Source: Nitrospinales bacterium (GTDB lineage: Bacteria; Nitrospinota; Nitrospinia; Nitrospinales; VA-1). From it: a stretch of 64,000 nucleotides of DNA. The stretch is from positions 93,426 to 157,425 of the forward strand of contig CBDCWG010000007.1 in NCBI GenBank assembly GCA_965223345.1, read 5' to 3'. This document shows positions 23,897 to 32,552 of the stretch, in pieces (within the stretch, counting starts at the first letter, position 1; each line of letters begins with the position of its first letter). The notes below the pieces were generated by a model. The model was not told the origin of the DNA and ran no database searches. It saw nothing but the letters and a program-made list of their open reading frames with translations. A program made the position numbers and the translations under genes.

Positions 23897-24919
23897 ATGT
23901 CGTTCGCAACCATCCTGGGCCAGGACCGGCCCCGGCAGATCATACAAAAGGCTCTTCAAAACAACAGCTTATCTCATGCCTATCTGTTTTACGGCCCGGA
24001 TAGCGTCGGCAAACGGCACACCGCGCTGCAGTTGGCCAAGGCGCTCAACTGCCCGGATTCCGGCCCTGTAGACAGTTGCGACACCTGTTCCTCCTGCCGT
24101 AAAATCGAGACTCAAACGCATCCGGATTTCTTTTTTCTGGAGCCCACAAAAAGCACTCCCACCAGCCGGGAGGCGGTGCTCAAAATCGAGGCCATCCGGG
24201 AATTGCAGAAAAAGCTGAGTTTTTTCCCCTACGAGGGGAAAACCAAGGTGGCCATCATCGACGGTGCGGAATCGATGAACCCGCAGGCGGCCAACACGTT
24301 TCTCAAAACTCTTGAGGAGCCCCCCGAAGCGACGGTGCTGATTCTGATCGCCGCTAACCCGTTTCAGCTGCTGCCGACTCTGGTTTCCCGCTGTCAGGGC
24401 GTCAAGTTTCACCCGCTGGCCCCCTCGGTGGTGGAGACGATCCTGGCGGACACCCTGGATGCCGAGGAACGGGAGAGCATGACCGCAGAGGAACTCAAGC
24501 TGCGCGCGGCGCGGTCGATGGGCGGCATCCAGCGCGCCCTGGACGCGGACATCCAGCAGGCGGAAGCGGTGCGGCAGGAGTTGCTGGAGCTTTTGGAAAC
24601 GCTCTCGTTCAAACGCATGGATGTGGTCTTTAAATGGACGCGCGGCAAGGCCAGGCAGCCGGGGGAGCTGCAGGCGGTTCTGGACGAACTGCTGAACCTG
24701 CTGCGCGATCTGGCGGTGATGCGGACGCCGGGAACGGAGGAGCGGGTCTTCAACCGGGACCTTGTGGACCGGCTTCGGCCCCTGGCCGGGCGGAAACAGG
24801 CCCGGTCGCTTTCCGCCATGTTCGACGCGGTGCTGCAAACCCAGGCCGCCCTGAAAGGCAACGCCAACACCCAGCTGGCGCTGGAAAACATGTTGATCCG
24901 GTTCTGCGAAGCCGCCTGA
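23897..24919 (+). CDS. holB: DNA polymerase III subunit delta'
   Basis: AAA+ clamp-loader fold (HAYLFYGPDSVGK, zinc module CPDSGPVDSCDTCSSC). Confidence 0.8.
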   Translation: MSFATILGQDRPRQIIQKALQNNSLSHAYLFYGPDSVGKRHTALQLAKALNCPDSGPVDSCDTCSSCRKIETQTHPDFFFLEPTKSTPTSREAVLKIEAIRELQKKLSFFPYEGKTKVAIIDGAESMNPQAANTFLKTLEEPPEATVLILIAANPFQLLPTLVSRCQGVKFHPLAPSVVETILADTLDAEERESMTAEELKLRAARSMGGIQRALDADIQQAEAVRQELLELLETLSFKRMDVVFKWTRGKARQPGELQAVLDELLNLLRDLAVMRTPGTEERVFNRDLVDRLRPLAGRKQARSLSAMFDAVLQTQAALKGNANTQLALENMLIRFCEAA

Positions 24920-24937
24920 ACCGGTGGATATCATAAA

Positions 24938-25813
24938 ATGAACATCTTACCCCAGGACAAAGAGATCCCGACCACCGAGCCGAAGACGCCGCGGTTTCTG
25001 ATCGGCGTGCGGCTGAGGAACCGGGAAAAAACCCGGCAGTTCGATCCCGGCAGCCTGAAACTCCGGGTGGGCGCCGAGGTGGTGGTCGAATCCAAGCACG
25101 GCACGGAGATGGGCGTCGTCGCTTCGAACAAGGTCGCCAATTTCCGCAAGGACGACTGCAAAAACGTCAGCCGGGTCCTTCGCATTGCCAACGAAAACGA
25201 CTATCAGGCGGAAGCGCGCCGGGAAAACCTGGAGCGCCGGGCGAAAAAGCTGTGCTCCGAGAAGATCGAGGAATTGAATCTGCCGATGAACCTGAGCCGG
25301 GTGGTGCACGTGCCCGGATCGAACAAGACGATCTTCTTTTTCACGGCGGAAGGCCGGGTGGATTTCCGCCAGCTGATCAAGGAGCTGGCCTCGCGACTGC
25401 GGCACCGCATCGAAATGAAACAGGTGGGCGTGCGCGACGAGGCGCGGGAGATCGGCGGCAACGGCATCTGCGGCGAATCGCTGTGCTGCGCCACCTTTCT
25501 CAAGGATTTTTCCCCGGTGACGATCCGCATGGCCAAGGATCAGGGGCTCGCGCTCAACCCCAGCAAGATTTCGGGCGTGTGCGGCCGGCTGATGTGCTGC
25601 CTGCAATACGAACACAACACGTACAAAAACCTCATCAAGGGGCTTCCCAAACTGGGCAGCCGCCTGGAAACGCCGGACGGACCGGGCAAAGTGCTGAAGC
25701 ACGAAATCCTGGACCAGAAAGTCATGGTCCGGCTGGAGGACGAGAGCATCCTGGTCTACCATCTCGATGAATTGAAGGAACGCCCGAAGGCCAGACAGGG
25801 CGAACCCTCCTGA
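24938..25813 (+). CDS. PSP1 domain protein (RicT/YaaT-like)
   Basis: PSP1 C-terminal region with Cys cluster (GICGESLCCATFL...GVCGRLMCCLQYE). Conserved holB-adjacent position. Confidence 0.8.
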   Translation: MNILPQDKEIPTTEPKTPRFLIGVRLRNREKTRQFDPGSLKLRVGAEVVVESKHGTEMGVVASNKVANFRKDDCKNVSRVLRIANENDYQAEARRENLERRAKKLCSEKIEELNLPMNLSRVVHVPGSNKTIFFFTAEGRVDFRQLIKELASRLRHRIEMKQVGVRDEAREIGGNGICGESLCCATFLKDFSPVTIRMAKDQGLALNPSKISGVCGRLMCCLQYEHNTYKNLIKGLPKLGSRLETPDGPGKVLKHEILDQKVMVRLEDESILVYHLDELKERPKARQGEPS

Positions 25814-25831
25814 AGGATCGATCCACACTCC

Positions 25832-27781
25832 ATGAGCGACAACGCAAAAAAATTCTACGTGACCACACCGATTTACTACGTGAACGACGTGCCGCACATC
25901 GGGCACGCGTACACCACCATCGCGGCCGATGTGATCGCGCGCTACAAAAAGCTCGACGGCCATGAGGTGTTCTTTCTCACCGGCACCGACGAACACGGGC
26001 AGAAGGTGCATCAGGCGGCGAAGGATCTGGGCGTCTCGGCGCAGGAACACGTGGACAAATTGAATGGGCGCTTCAAGGAGCTCTGGGTGCGCCTCAACAT
26101 CACGAACAACGATTTCATCCGCACCACCGAGGAGCGGCACAAAAAGGTGGTGCGCGAAATCCTCACCGATCTGTACGAGCGCAAGGAGATCTACAAGGAC
26201 ACTTACGAGGGCTGGTACTGCACGCCGGACGAGCGGTTCTGGACGGAGAAGGACCTGGTCAACGGCAACTGCCCGGAATGCGGCCGCAAGGTGGACAAGA
26301 TCCGCGAGCACAATTATTTTTTCAAGATGGGGCAGCACCGCGACTGGCTCGCAGATCACATCAAAAACAACGAGCACTTCATCCTGCCGGCTTCGCGGCG
26401 CAACGAGGTGCTGGGTTTTCTGAACAAGCCGCTGGAGGATCTGTGCATCTCGCGGCCGGTGGAGCGGATGCCCTGGGGCATCCCCCTGCCCTTCGACGAA
26501 AAATACGTCACCTACGTCTGGTTCGACGCGCTCATCAACTACATCTCGATCTTCGGCTCGCCCGATGCGATCCGCAGTTCGGGCTTCTGGCCGGCCGACC
26601 ACCACCTGGTGGGCAAGGACATCCTCACCACGCACGCGGTGTACTGGTCCACCATGCTGAAAGCGATCGGGCTGGACCTGCCGAAAAACATCTTCGCACA
26701 CGGCTGGTGGACGGTGAACGGGCAGAAGATGTCGAAATCGCTGCGCAATGTGGTGGAACCCAACCTGCTGATCGATCAGTTCGGCGTGGACGTGATCCGC
26801 TACTTCCTCATGCGCGAGGTGCCGTTCGGCCTGGACGGGGACTTTTCGCACAAGGCGCTGATCGGCAGGCAGAACAGCGATCTCGCCAACAACCTGGGCA
26901 ACTGCCTCAACCGCACCGTCAAGATGATGCACAAGTATTTCGACAACGGCGTAATCCCGGAACCCGGCGAGAGCGGCCCGGAGGACGCCGGCCTCAAAGA
27001 CACCGCCGCCAGGACGGTGGCGGAGGTGAAAAAACTCTACGACGATCTGGCGTACAACAAGATCCTCACGGAAATCTGGATCCTGGTGGACGCGACGAAC
27101 CAGTACATCGACAAGGCGGGTCCCTGGAACCTGGTGAAGACCGAAGAAGGCAAACAGCGCCTCAAGACGGTGATGTACAACGCCGCCGAATCGCTGCGCG
27201 TCGTGGCGATGCTGATCTATCCGTTCATGCCGCAGTCGGCCGAGAGCATGATGCAGCAGCTCGGCGTCGAAACGCCGATCGATAAACAGGGCATGGCTTC
27301 GGTGGAACAATGGGGCGGATTGCCCTCCGGCAAGCCCACGAAACCCGGTGCGCAACTGTTCCCGCGCATCGACGACAAGGCCGCGGCGAAGCTGCTGGCG
27401 GCGGCGGGAGCGGACGAAAAACCCCAGGCGCCCGCGAAAAAACCGGAAGCGCAGGACGGCCAGGTTTCGATCGACGATTTCATGAAGATCGATCTGCGCA
27501 CCGGCACCATCGTGGAAGCGGAGAAGGTGAAAAAATCGCGCAAGCTGGTCAAGCTGCAGGTGGACATCGGCAGCGAGACGCGGCAGGTGGTGGCGGGCAT
27601 CGCCGAAGCCTACGAGCCGCAGGACCTGGTGGGCAAGACCATCATCCTGGTGGCCAACCTGAAACCGGCGAAGCTGATGGGCATCGAATCGCAGGGCATG
27701 GTGCTGGCGGCGAGCGACGACGACAAAGTGCTGCTGGCCGGGTTCGCAGAAGAACCGGCGAAAGGAGTCCGCGTCAAATGA
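25832..27781 (+). CDS. metG: methionine--tRNA ligase with C-terminal tRNA-binding domain
   Basis: HIGH motif (PHIGHAYT), KMSKS motif, C-terminal EMAP-like domain. Confidence 0.95.
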   Translation: MSDNAKKFYVTTPIYYVNDVPHIGHAYTTIAADVIARYKKLDGHEVFFLTGTDEHGQKVHQAAKDLGVSAQEHVDKLNGRFKELWVRLNITNNDFIRTTEERHKKVVREILTDLYERKEIYKDTYEGWYCTPDERFWTEKDLVNGNCPECGRKVDKIREHNYFFKMGQHRDWLADHIKNNEHFILPASRRNEVLGFLNKPLEDLCISRPVERMPWGIPLPFDEKYVTYVWFDALINYISIFGSPDAIRSSGFWPADHHLVGKDILTTHAVYWSTMLKAIGLDLPKNIFAHGWWTVNGQKMSKSLRNVVEPNLLIDQFGVDVIRYFLMREVPFGLDGDFSHKALIGRQNSDLANNLGNCLNRTVKMMHKYFDNGVIPEPGESGPEDAGLKDTAARTVAEVKKLYDDLAYNKILTEIWILVDATNQYIDKAGPWNLVKTEEGKQRLKTVMYNAAESLRVVAMLIYPFMPQSAESMMQQLGVETPIDKQGMASVEQWGGLPSGKPTKPGAQLFPRIDDKAAAKLLAAAGADEKPQAPAKKPEAQDGQVSIDDFMKIDLRTGTIVEAEKVKKSRKLVKLQVDIGSETRQVVAGIAEAYEPQDLVGKTIILVANLKPAKLMGIESQGMVLAASDDDKVLLAGFAEEPAKGVRVK

Positions 27782-29169
27782 CGATCGACACGCACGCCCA
27801 TCTGGACATGGATTCCTTCGACACCGACCGGCAGGAGGTGATCCAAAGGGCCCAGGAACAGGGCGTGGATTACATCCTCAACATCGGCTGCGACGTGGAA
27901 AGCAGCGTCCGCTCGCTGGAGCTGGCCGAGCGCTACGATTTCATCTACGCCACGGCGGGGGTGCACCCGCACGACGTCAAGTCGATCAACGGCACCACCT
28001 ACGCGGACCTCAAGCGGTTGCTCGCGCACCCGAAGATGATCGCGGTGGGAGAGATCGGGCTGGATTTTTATAAGAACTACTCGCCGCAGGACATGCAGAA
28101 AGAGCACCTGCGCAAGCAGATGCAATTGGCGAAAGAGGTGGACAAGCCCATCATCGTGCACTGCCGCGACGCCAAGGAGGACATGATCGCCATCCTGTCC
28201 GAGTATTACCCGGTGAACGAGAAGGCCCGATCGGGCATCTTTCACTGCTTCTCGGGCGATCAGGAACTGGCGGAAGCGGCGCTGGAACGCGGCTTCTACA
28301 TTTCGTTTTCCGGATCGGTGACGTTCAAAAAATCCGACGAACTGCGCGAGGTGGCGAAGACGATCCCGGCGGACCGGCTGTTCGCCGAGACGGACTGCCC
28401 CTACCTTGCGCCGGTGCCCAAGCGCGGCAAGCGCAACGAACCGGCGTACGTGAACTTCACCACCGAACACCTGGCCGAGATCCGCGGGCTCAGGCTGGAG
28501 GATGTCAAGCGCACGATGGAGCTGAACTTTTTCGAGCTGTTCGGCATCGGCAAAAACGCCCCGATGGGCACGGTCTCCTATCAGATCCGCAACTCGCTGT
28601 ATCTCAACCTGACGACGCGGTGTACCAACGACTGCGTGTTCTGCTCGCGCCTGACCCGGCCGGTGGTGCAGGGCTACAACCTCAAGCTGGAGCGCGAACC
28701 GTCCGCAGAGGAAGTGTGGGCGGCGATCGACGACCCGGCGAAATACGATGAAGTGGTGTTCTGCGGTTACGGCGAGCCGACGCTCAGGCTGAACGTCATC
28801 AAGGAAGTGGCGAAAAAGATCAAGGACGCCGGCGGCCGCGTGCGGCTCAACACCAACGGCCACGGCAACGTCATCAACAAGCGCAACATCCTGCCGGAAC
28901 TGGCCGGACTGGTGGACGAGGTGTCGGTGAGCCTCAACACCGACACCGGCGATGCTTACGATGAGATCTGCCGGCCGCTGCCGGGATTCCGCAACGGCAT
29001 CTACGGCAAGATCAAGGAATTCATCGCGGAGGCCAAGATTCACATCCCCAAGGTGCAGGCCACGATCGTGACGCAGCAGGAAGGCGTGGACGAAACGGTC
29101 TGCGAGGACATCGTCAAAAAAGAATTCGGCGTGGACTACCGGGCCCGGCGCTACAACCTGGTCGGATGA
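27778..29169 (+). CDS. TatD-family hydrolase fused to a C-terminal radical SAM domain
   Basis: N-terminal TatD (MTIDTHAHLDMD...). C-terminal half carries a CTNDCVFC CxxxCxxC motif. The ATG overlaps the metG stop. Start taken at Met157 of the track ORF. Confidence 0.8.
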   Translation: MTIDTHAHLDMDSFDTDRQEVIQRAQEQGVDYILNIGCDVESSVRSLELAERYDFIYATAGVHPHDVKSINGTTYADLKRLLAHPKMIAVGEIGLDFYKNYSPQDMQKEHLRKQMQLAKEVDKPIIVHCRDAKEDMIAILSEYYPVNEKARSGIFHCFSGDQELAEAALERGFYISFSGSVTFKKSDELREVAKTIPADRLFAETDCPYLAPVPKRGKRNEPAYVNFTTEHLAEIRGLRLEDVKRTMELNFFELFGIGKNAPMGTVSYQIRNSLYLNLTTRCTNDCVFCSRLTRPVVQGYNLKLEREPSAEEVWAAIDDPAKYDEVVFCGYGEPTLRLNVIKEVAKKIKDAGGRVRLNTNGHGNVINKRNILPELAGLVDEVSVSLNTDTGDAYDEICRPLPGFRNGIYGKIKEFIAEAKIHIPKVQATIVTQQEGVDETVCEDIVKKEFGVDYRARRYNLVG

Positions 29170-29651
29170 GCGTTCCCGAGGCGGGGCCGGACTCCCCGCA
29201 AGCAGGAGGTCCCATGAATCCCGATGAGCAGCCCCTCTCCCCTGCCCCGAAAGCGCGCGGCGTCGGCTGGATCTCTCTGGGAGCCCTCTTCGGCGGGCTG
29301 AGCGTGATGCTGGGGGCGTTCGGCGCGCATTCCCTCAAAGAGCGCCTGACCGAAAAGAGTCTCGCCACCTTTCACACCGCAACCGATTACCTCGCCTACC
29401 ACGCCATCGCCATCGTGCTGGTGGGCATCCTTTCGTTGATGCTCGGCGAACGCGGGCACCGGGCGCTGAAAAAAGTCGGCCTGTTTTTCACCGCGGGCAT
29501 CCTGCTTTTTTCCGGCAGCCTGTACGCCCTCGCCTTCGACGGACCGCGCTTTTTCGGCCCCGTCACCCCCTTCGGCGGCCTCTGCTTCATGATCGGCTGG
29601 TTCACCTTGGCCGTCACCCTCGCCAAAAACTTCCGCTCGAAACGGGATTAA
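29166..29651 (+). CDS. DUF423 family membrane protein
   Basis: Four TM helices. Contains GAFGAH. Confidence 0.7.
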   Translation: MSVPEAGPDSPQAGGPMNPDEQPLSPAPKARGVGWISLGALFGGLSVMLGAFGAHSLKERLTEKSLATFHTATDYLAYHAIAIVLVGILSLMLGERGHRALKKVGLFFTAGILLFSGSLYALAFDGPRFFGPVTPFGGLCFMIGWFTLAVTLAKNFRSKRD

Positions 29652-29696
29652 AATTCTAAAAAAGCCCGCAAACCTTTTTTGGGTATTTAAATTTAG

Positions 29697-30644
29697 ATGT
29701 CGAAAGACAGCCCAGATATTCTCCAATGCCCCTGTCAAGAAATCCACAAGGTTGAGCATGATGATATCTTGTTAAAACTTGAAAAAATTAGGGAAACTTG
29801 TCCTGCTTTAAAAAGCATCCTCATCCCCGATCGTGGATGGCATGAATATAAAAATTGGCATAAAAAAGATGACACGGTGGCATTTCATAGATCAATTCTA
29901 CTTATGGGCTTGAAAGATGGTTTTTTAGGAAACATAACAATTCTAATCCATAAATATTGTTTAGATAAACACGACATAAATCCCAATGTAAAAAAGCAAT
30001 ACATTAAAGACCTAGAGGAAAAATGGTTTAGCAAAACTGATTATAAAGAGCGACACAAAAAGTACCGAATTTTTATGGGCAAAATTGTTGAGTTAGCTTT
30101 TTCAAATTGGCTAGAAAGTAAGGAATACACCATATCAAACTTAGAGGCGTGGAGTGGGCAATATGACATAACTGCCTACAAGGAAAAGTTGACCTATAAT
30201 TTTGAGATAAAGTTTATCGGGCAGGAAGATGAGGATTTTAAGCACATTGTAAATAATCTTCGAGGAGGAACCTCTGTAGGTGGCGTTTCCCCTTATATAG
30301 CAGCAAACTTTCTCCTTTTTAGAGTATATGAGGCTGCTAAACAATTAGAGAATGCAAAAGGACCTGAACATCGAGTTGCAACAATAATTATTGATGGAAT
30401 GGCTTTTCCATATTTTAAAATTCTAATATTGGATCATTGGATCGATTGGTTTGAGCATCCGACTTTTAATGAAACTAGTGATCCAACTTGGGAGGAGTTT
30501 ATTGCATCTCAACGGAGCAAAAAATACCCCGATATTGATCATGAATTGCCAGAATTACTAAAAAAATTATCTGCGATAAAAATAATGAAAATAAATGGGT
30601 TCCAACTTGAAGAAGTAATTAAGTACAAAAACCCAAATATATAA
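29697..30644 (+). CDS. hypothetical 315-aa protein in a second very AT-rich single-gene islet (possible PD-(D/E)xK-like motif)
   Basis: The segment is roughly 33% GC. Contains D-x13-E-x-K (YDITAYKEKLTYNFEIKF), which is weak inference only. Confidence 0.6.
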   Translation: MSKDSPDILQCPCQEIHKVEHDDILLKLEKIRETCPALKSILIPDRGWHEYKNWHKKDDTVAFHRSILLMGLKDGFLGNITILIHKYCLDKHDINPNVKKQYIKDLEEKWFSKTDYKERHKKYRIFMGKIVELAFSNWLESKEYTISNLEAWSGQYDITAYKEKLTYNFEIKFIGQEDEDFKHIVNNLRGGTSVGGVSPYIAANFLLFRVYEAAKQLENAKGPEHRVATIIIDGMAFPYFKILILDHWIDWFEHPTFNETSDPTWEEFIASQRSKKYPDIDHELPELLKKLSAIKIMKINGFQLEEVIKYKNPNI

Positions 30645-30676
30645 ATCCCCAAATATTTACATTCCTCTTCTTCTAT

Positions 30677-31504
30677 TCACCCCCTGAATCTAAACTTCAC
30701 GCCCCACTTTCTGTAGGCGAGATAGAGCGCCAGCGACATGAGGCTGAGCACCAAAAGGTGCGGGCCGAGGAAGGCGGCGTTCCAGATGGGGCCGAAGCGC
30801 AGCTCGCCGCGCACTTCGCCGGTGTAGTGCTTGAGCATCTCGGCGTATTCGATCATCAGGTGCACGGGGTAGTTCACTTCATGGCTCTCGGGGGTTCGCT
30901 CGACGGGAACCTCGAACAGCTTCTGCTCACCGCCGCGCAGGGTGAAGCCCACCATTCCCTTGAAGGTGTCGGCGACCAGGCCGGGCGGCATGAGCAGCAT
31001 CAGCCGCACATTCTTGAGCGCCGGGGACTGGTTCGTTAAAAGGATCTTCAGCCGCGTCTCACCGCTTTCCTCCACGCTTTCGATCTTTCCTGCCACCTGC
31101 GATTCCACCTGCTCGCGGTAATAAAACGAATCGGTGTGAATCAGGCTTTGCGATGTTTTGTCTGAGGGCTGGTTGCGGTAGTGCACCATGGCGATCAGCG
31201 GATAGCGCCCGACGCTGCGCACCGGCGGATGGTCGGAATTTTTCATCGTGATGGACTGGCCGGGGTCGAGTTTGCGGAGATGGGTCAGCATGGCCATGGT
31301 GTGGTGGAAATGGATCATGGGGTGCACGTGGTGCAGGGTCCGGTCGCTGCGGTTTTCCAGGGTCAGAAACACGTGCACCTTTCCCTCTTCGCTGACCTGG
31401 GTCTGGGTGGAAATGTGCAGGGGGGCTGTGTTCGCCCAAGCCGGCTTTATCGGAACGGCGGCGCAAACGAAAAGGAGGCCTGCGCCTAAAGCTAGGATTT
31501 TCAT
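30677..31504 (-). CDS. secreted, C-terminally membrane-anchored protein with a His-rich segment
   Basis: Signal peptide. HHVHPMIHFHH motif. C-terminal TM helix. Divergent from the SPFH operon. Confidence 0.55.
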   Translation of the reverse strand: MKILALGAGLLFVCAAVPIKPAWANTAPLHISTQTQVSEEGKVHVFLTLENRSDRTLHHVHPMIHFHHTMAMLTHLRKLDPGQSITMKNSDHPPVRSVGRYPLIAMVHYRNQPSDKTSQSLIHTDSFYYREQVESQVAGKIESVEESGETRLKILLTNQSPALKNVRLMLLMPPGLVADTFKGMVGFTLRGGEQKLFEVPVERTPESHEVNYPVHLMIEYAEMLKHYTGEVRGELRFGPIWNAAFLGPHLLVLSLMSLALYLAYRKWGVKFRFRG

Positions 31505-31618
31505 GATATTTCATCCTTCATTGGCGGATTTTCTGGCGCCCCTTATTTTAGCATGGAAAAAATAAAACCTGCTATGATGGTAGCGTCGATTCCGGAACCA
31601 TTCTAAAGGAGAGGTCTT

Positions 31619-32383
31619 ATGGAAGGTCTAATGACATTGTTGATTCTCCTGGGCATATTGCTCTTCAGCGCCTTCAAGATCCTGCGCGAGTACGAGAGGG
31701 GGGTGATCTTTCTTCTGGGTAAATTCTGGAAAGTGAAGGGACCGGGCCTGATCCTTGTCATCCCTTTCGTTCAGAAAATGGTCAAGGTGAGCCTGCGGAC
31801 GGTGGTCATGGACGTTCCGCCTCAGGATATCATCACCAAGGACAACGTGACGGTGAAGGTGAACGCCGTGGTGTATTTCCGGGTGATCGACCCGCAGAAG
31901 GCCATCATCGAGGTGGAGGATTTTCTCTACGCCACCTCGCAGCTGTCGCAGACCACGCTGCGCAGCATATTGGGCCAGAGCCAGCTCGACGATCTGCTGT
32001 CGCGCCGGGACGAGATCAACGCGCATTTGCAGAAGGTGATCGACGATCAGACCGAGCCGTGGGGCGTGAAGGTGGCCAACGTGGAAGTGAAAAACGTGGA
32101 CCTGCCGCAGGAGATGCAGCGGGCGCTGGCCAAGCAGGCGGAAGCGGAACGCGAACGGCGCGCTAAGGTGATCAACGCGCAGGGCGAATACGAAGCGGCG
32201 GAGAAGATCAGCGCGGCGGCGGACCGGATCGGCGCGCATCCACCGGCGCTGCAGCTCAGGTTCCTGCAGACGCTTCTGGACATGTCCACCGAACGCAGCA
32301 CGACCACGTTCGTGCCGATCCCGATGGACCTGTTCAATCAGTTCCAGAAACAATCTCCCGGAAAGGAAAGCCCCGGCGCCTGA
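31619..32383 (+). CDS. SPFH/band-7 (stomatin-like) protein
   Basis: N-terminal TM helix, SPFH core, and C-terminal coiled coil. Confidence 0.85.
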   Translation: MEGLMTLLILLGILLFSAFKILREYERGVIFLLGKFWKVKGPGLILVIPFVQKMVKVSLRTVVMDVPPQDIITKDNVTVKVNAVVYFRVIDPQKAIIEVEDFLYATSQLSQTTLRSILGQSQLDDLLSRRDEINAHLQKVIDDQTEPWGVKVANVEVKNVDLPQEMQRALAKQAEAERERRAKVINAQGEYEAAEKISAAADRIGAHPPALQLRFLQTLLDMSTERSTTTFVPIPMDLFNQFQKQSPGKESPGA

Positions 32384-32552
32384 GCCCTTCGACGCCAGGC
32401 CGGGTTCCCCGCGGCGAACCCCGCCCCCGGCGGAAAGCCTTTAAAACCCCGTTTTTTAAGGTTCCGTGCGGTGAAGTGCGGCCAGCGGGCGATTGTTTTG
32501 GGATTTGTTTTTGAATGTAATACAATGAAGGTGTCCATTTCCGAGTCACTCC

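Noticed and set aside
24947-27355. 802-aa minus-strand ORF
   Set aside because: Antisense to the PSP1 gene and metG.
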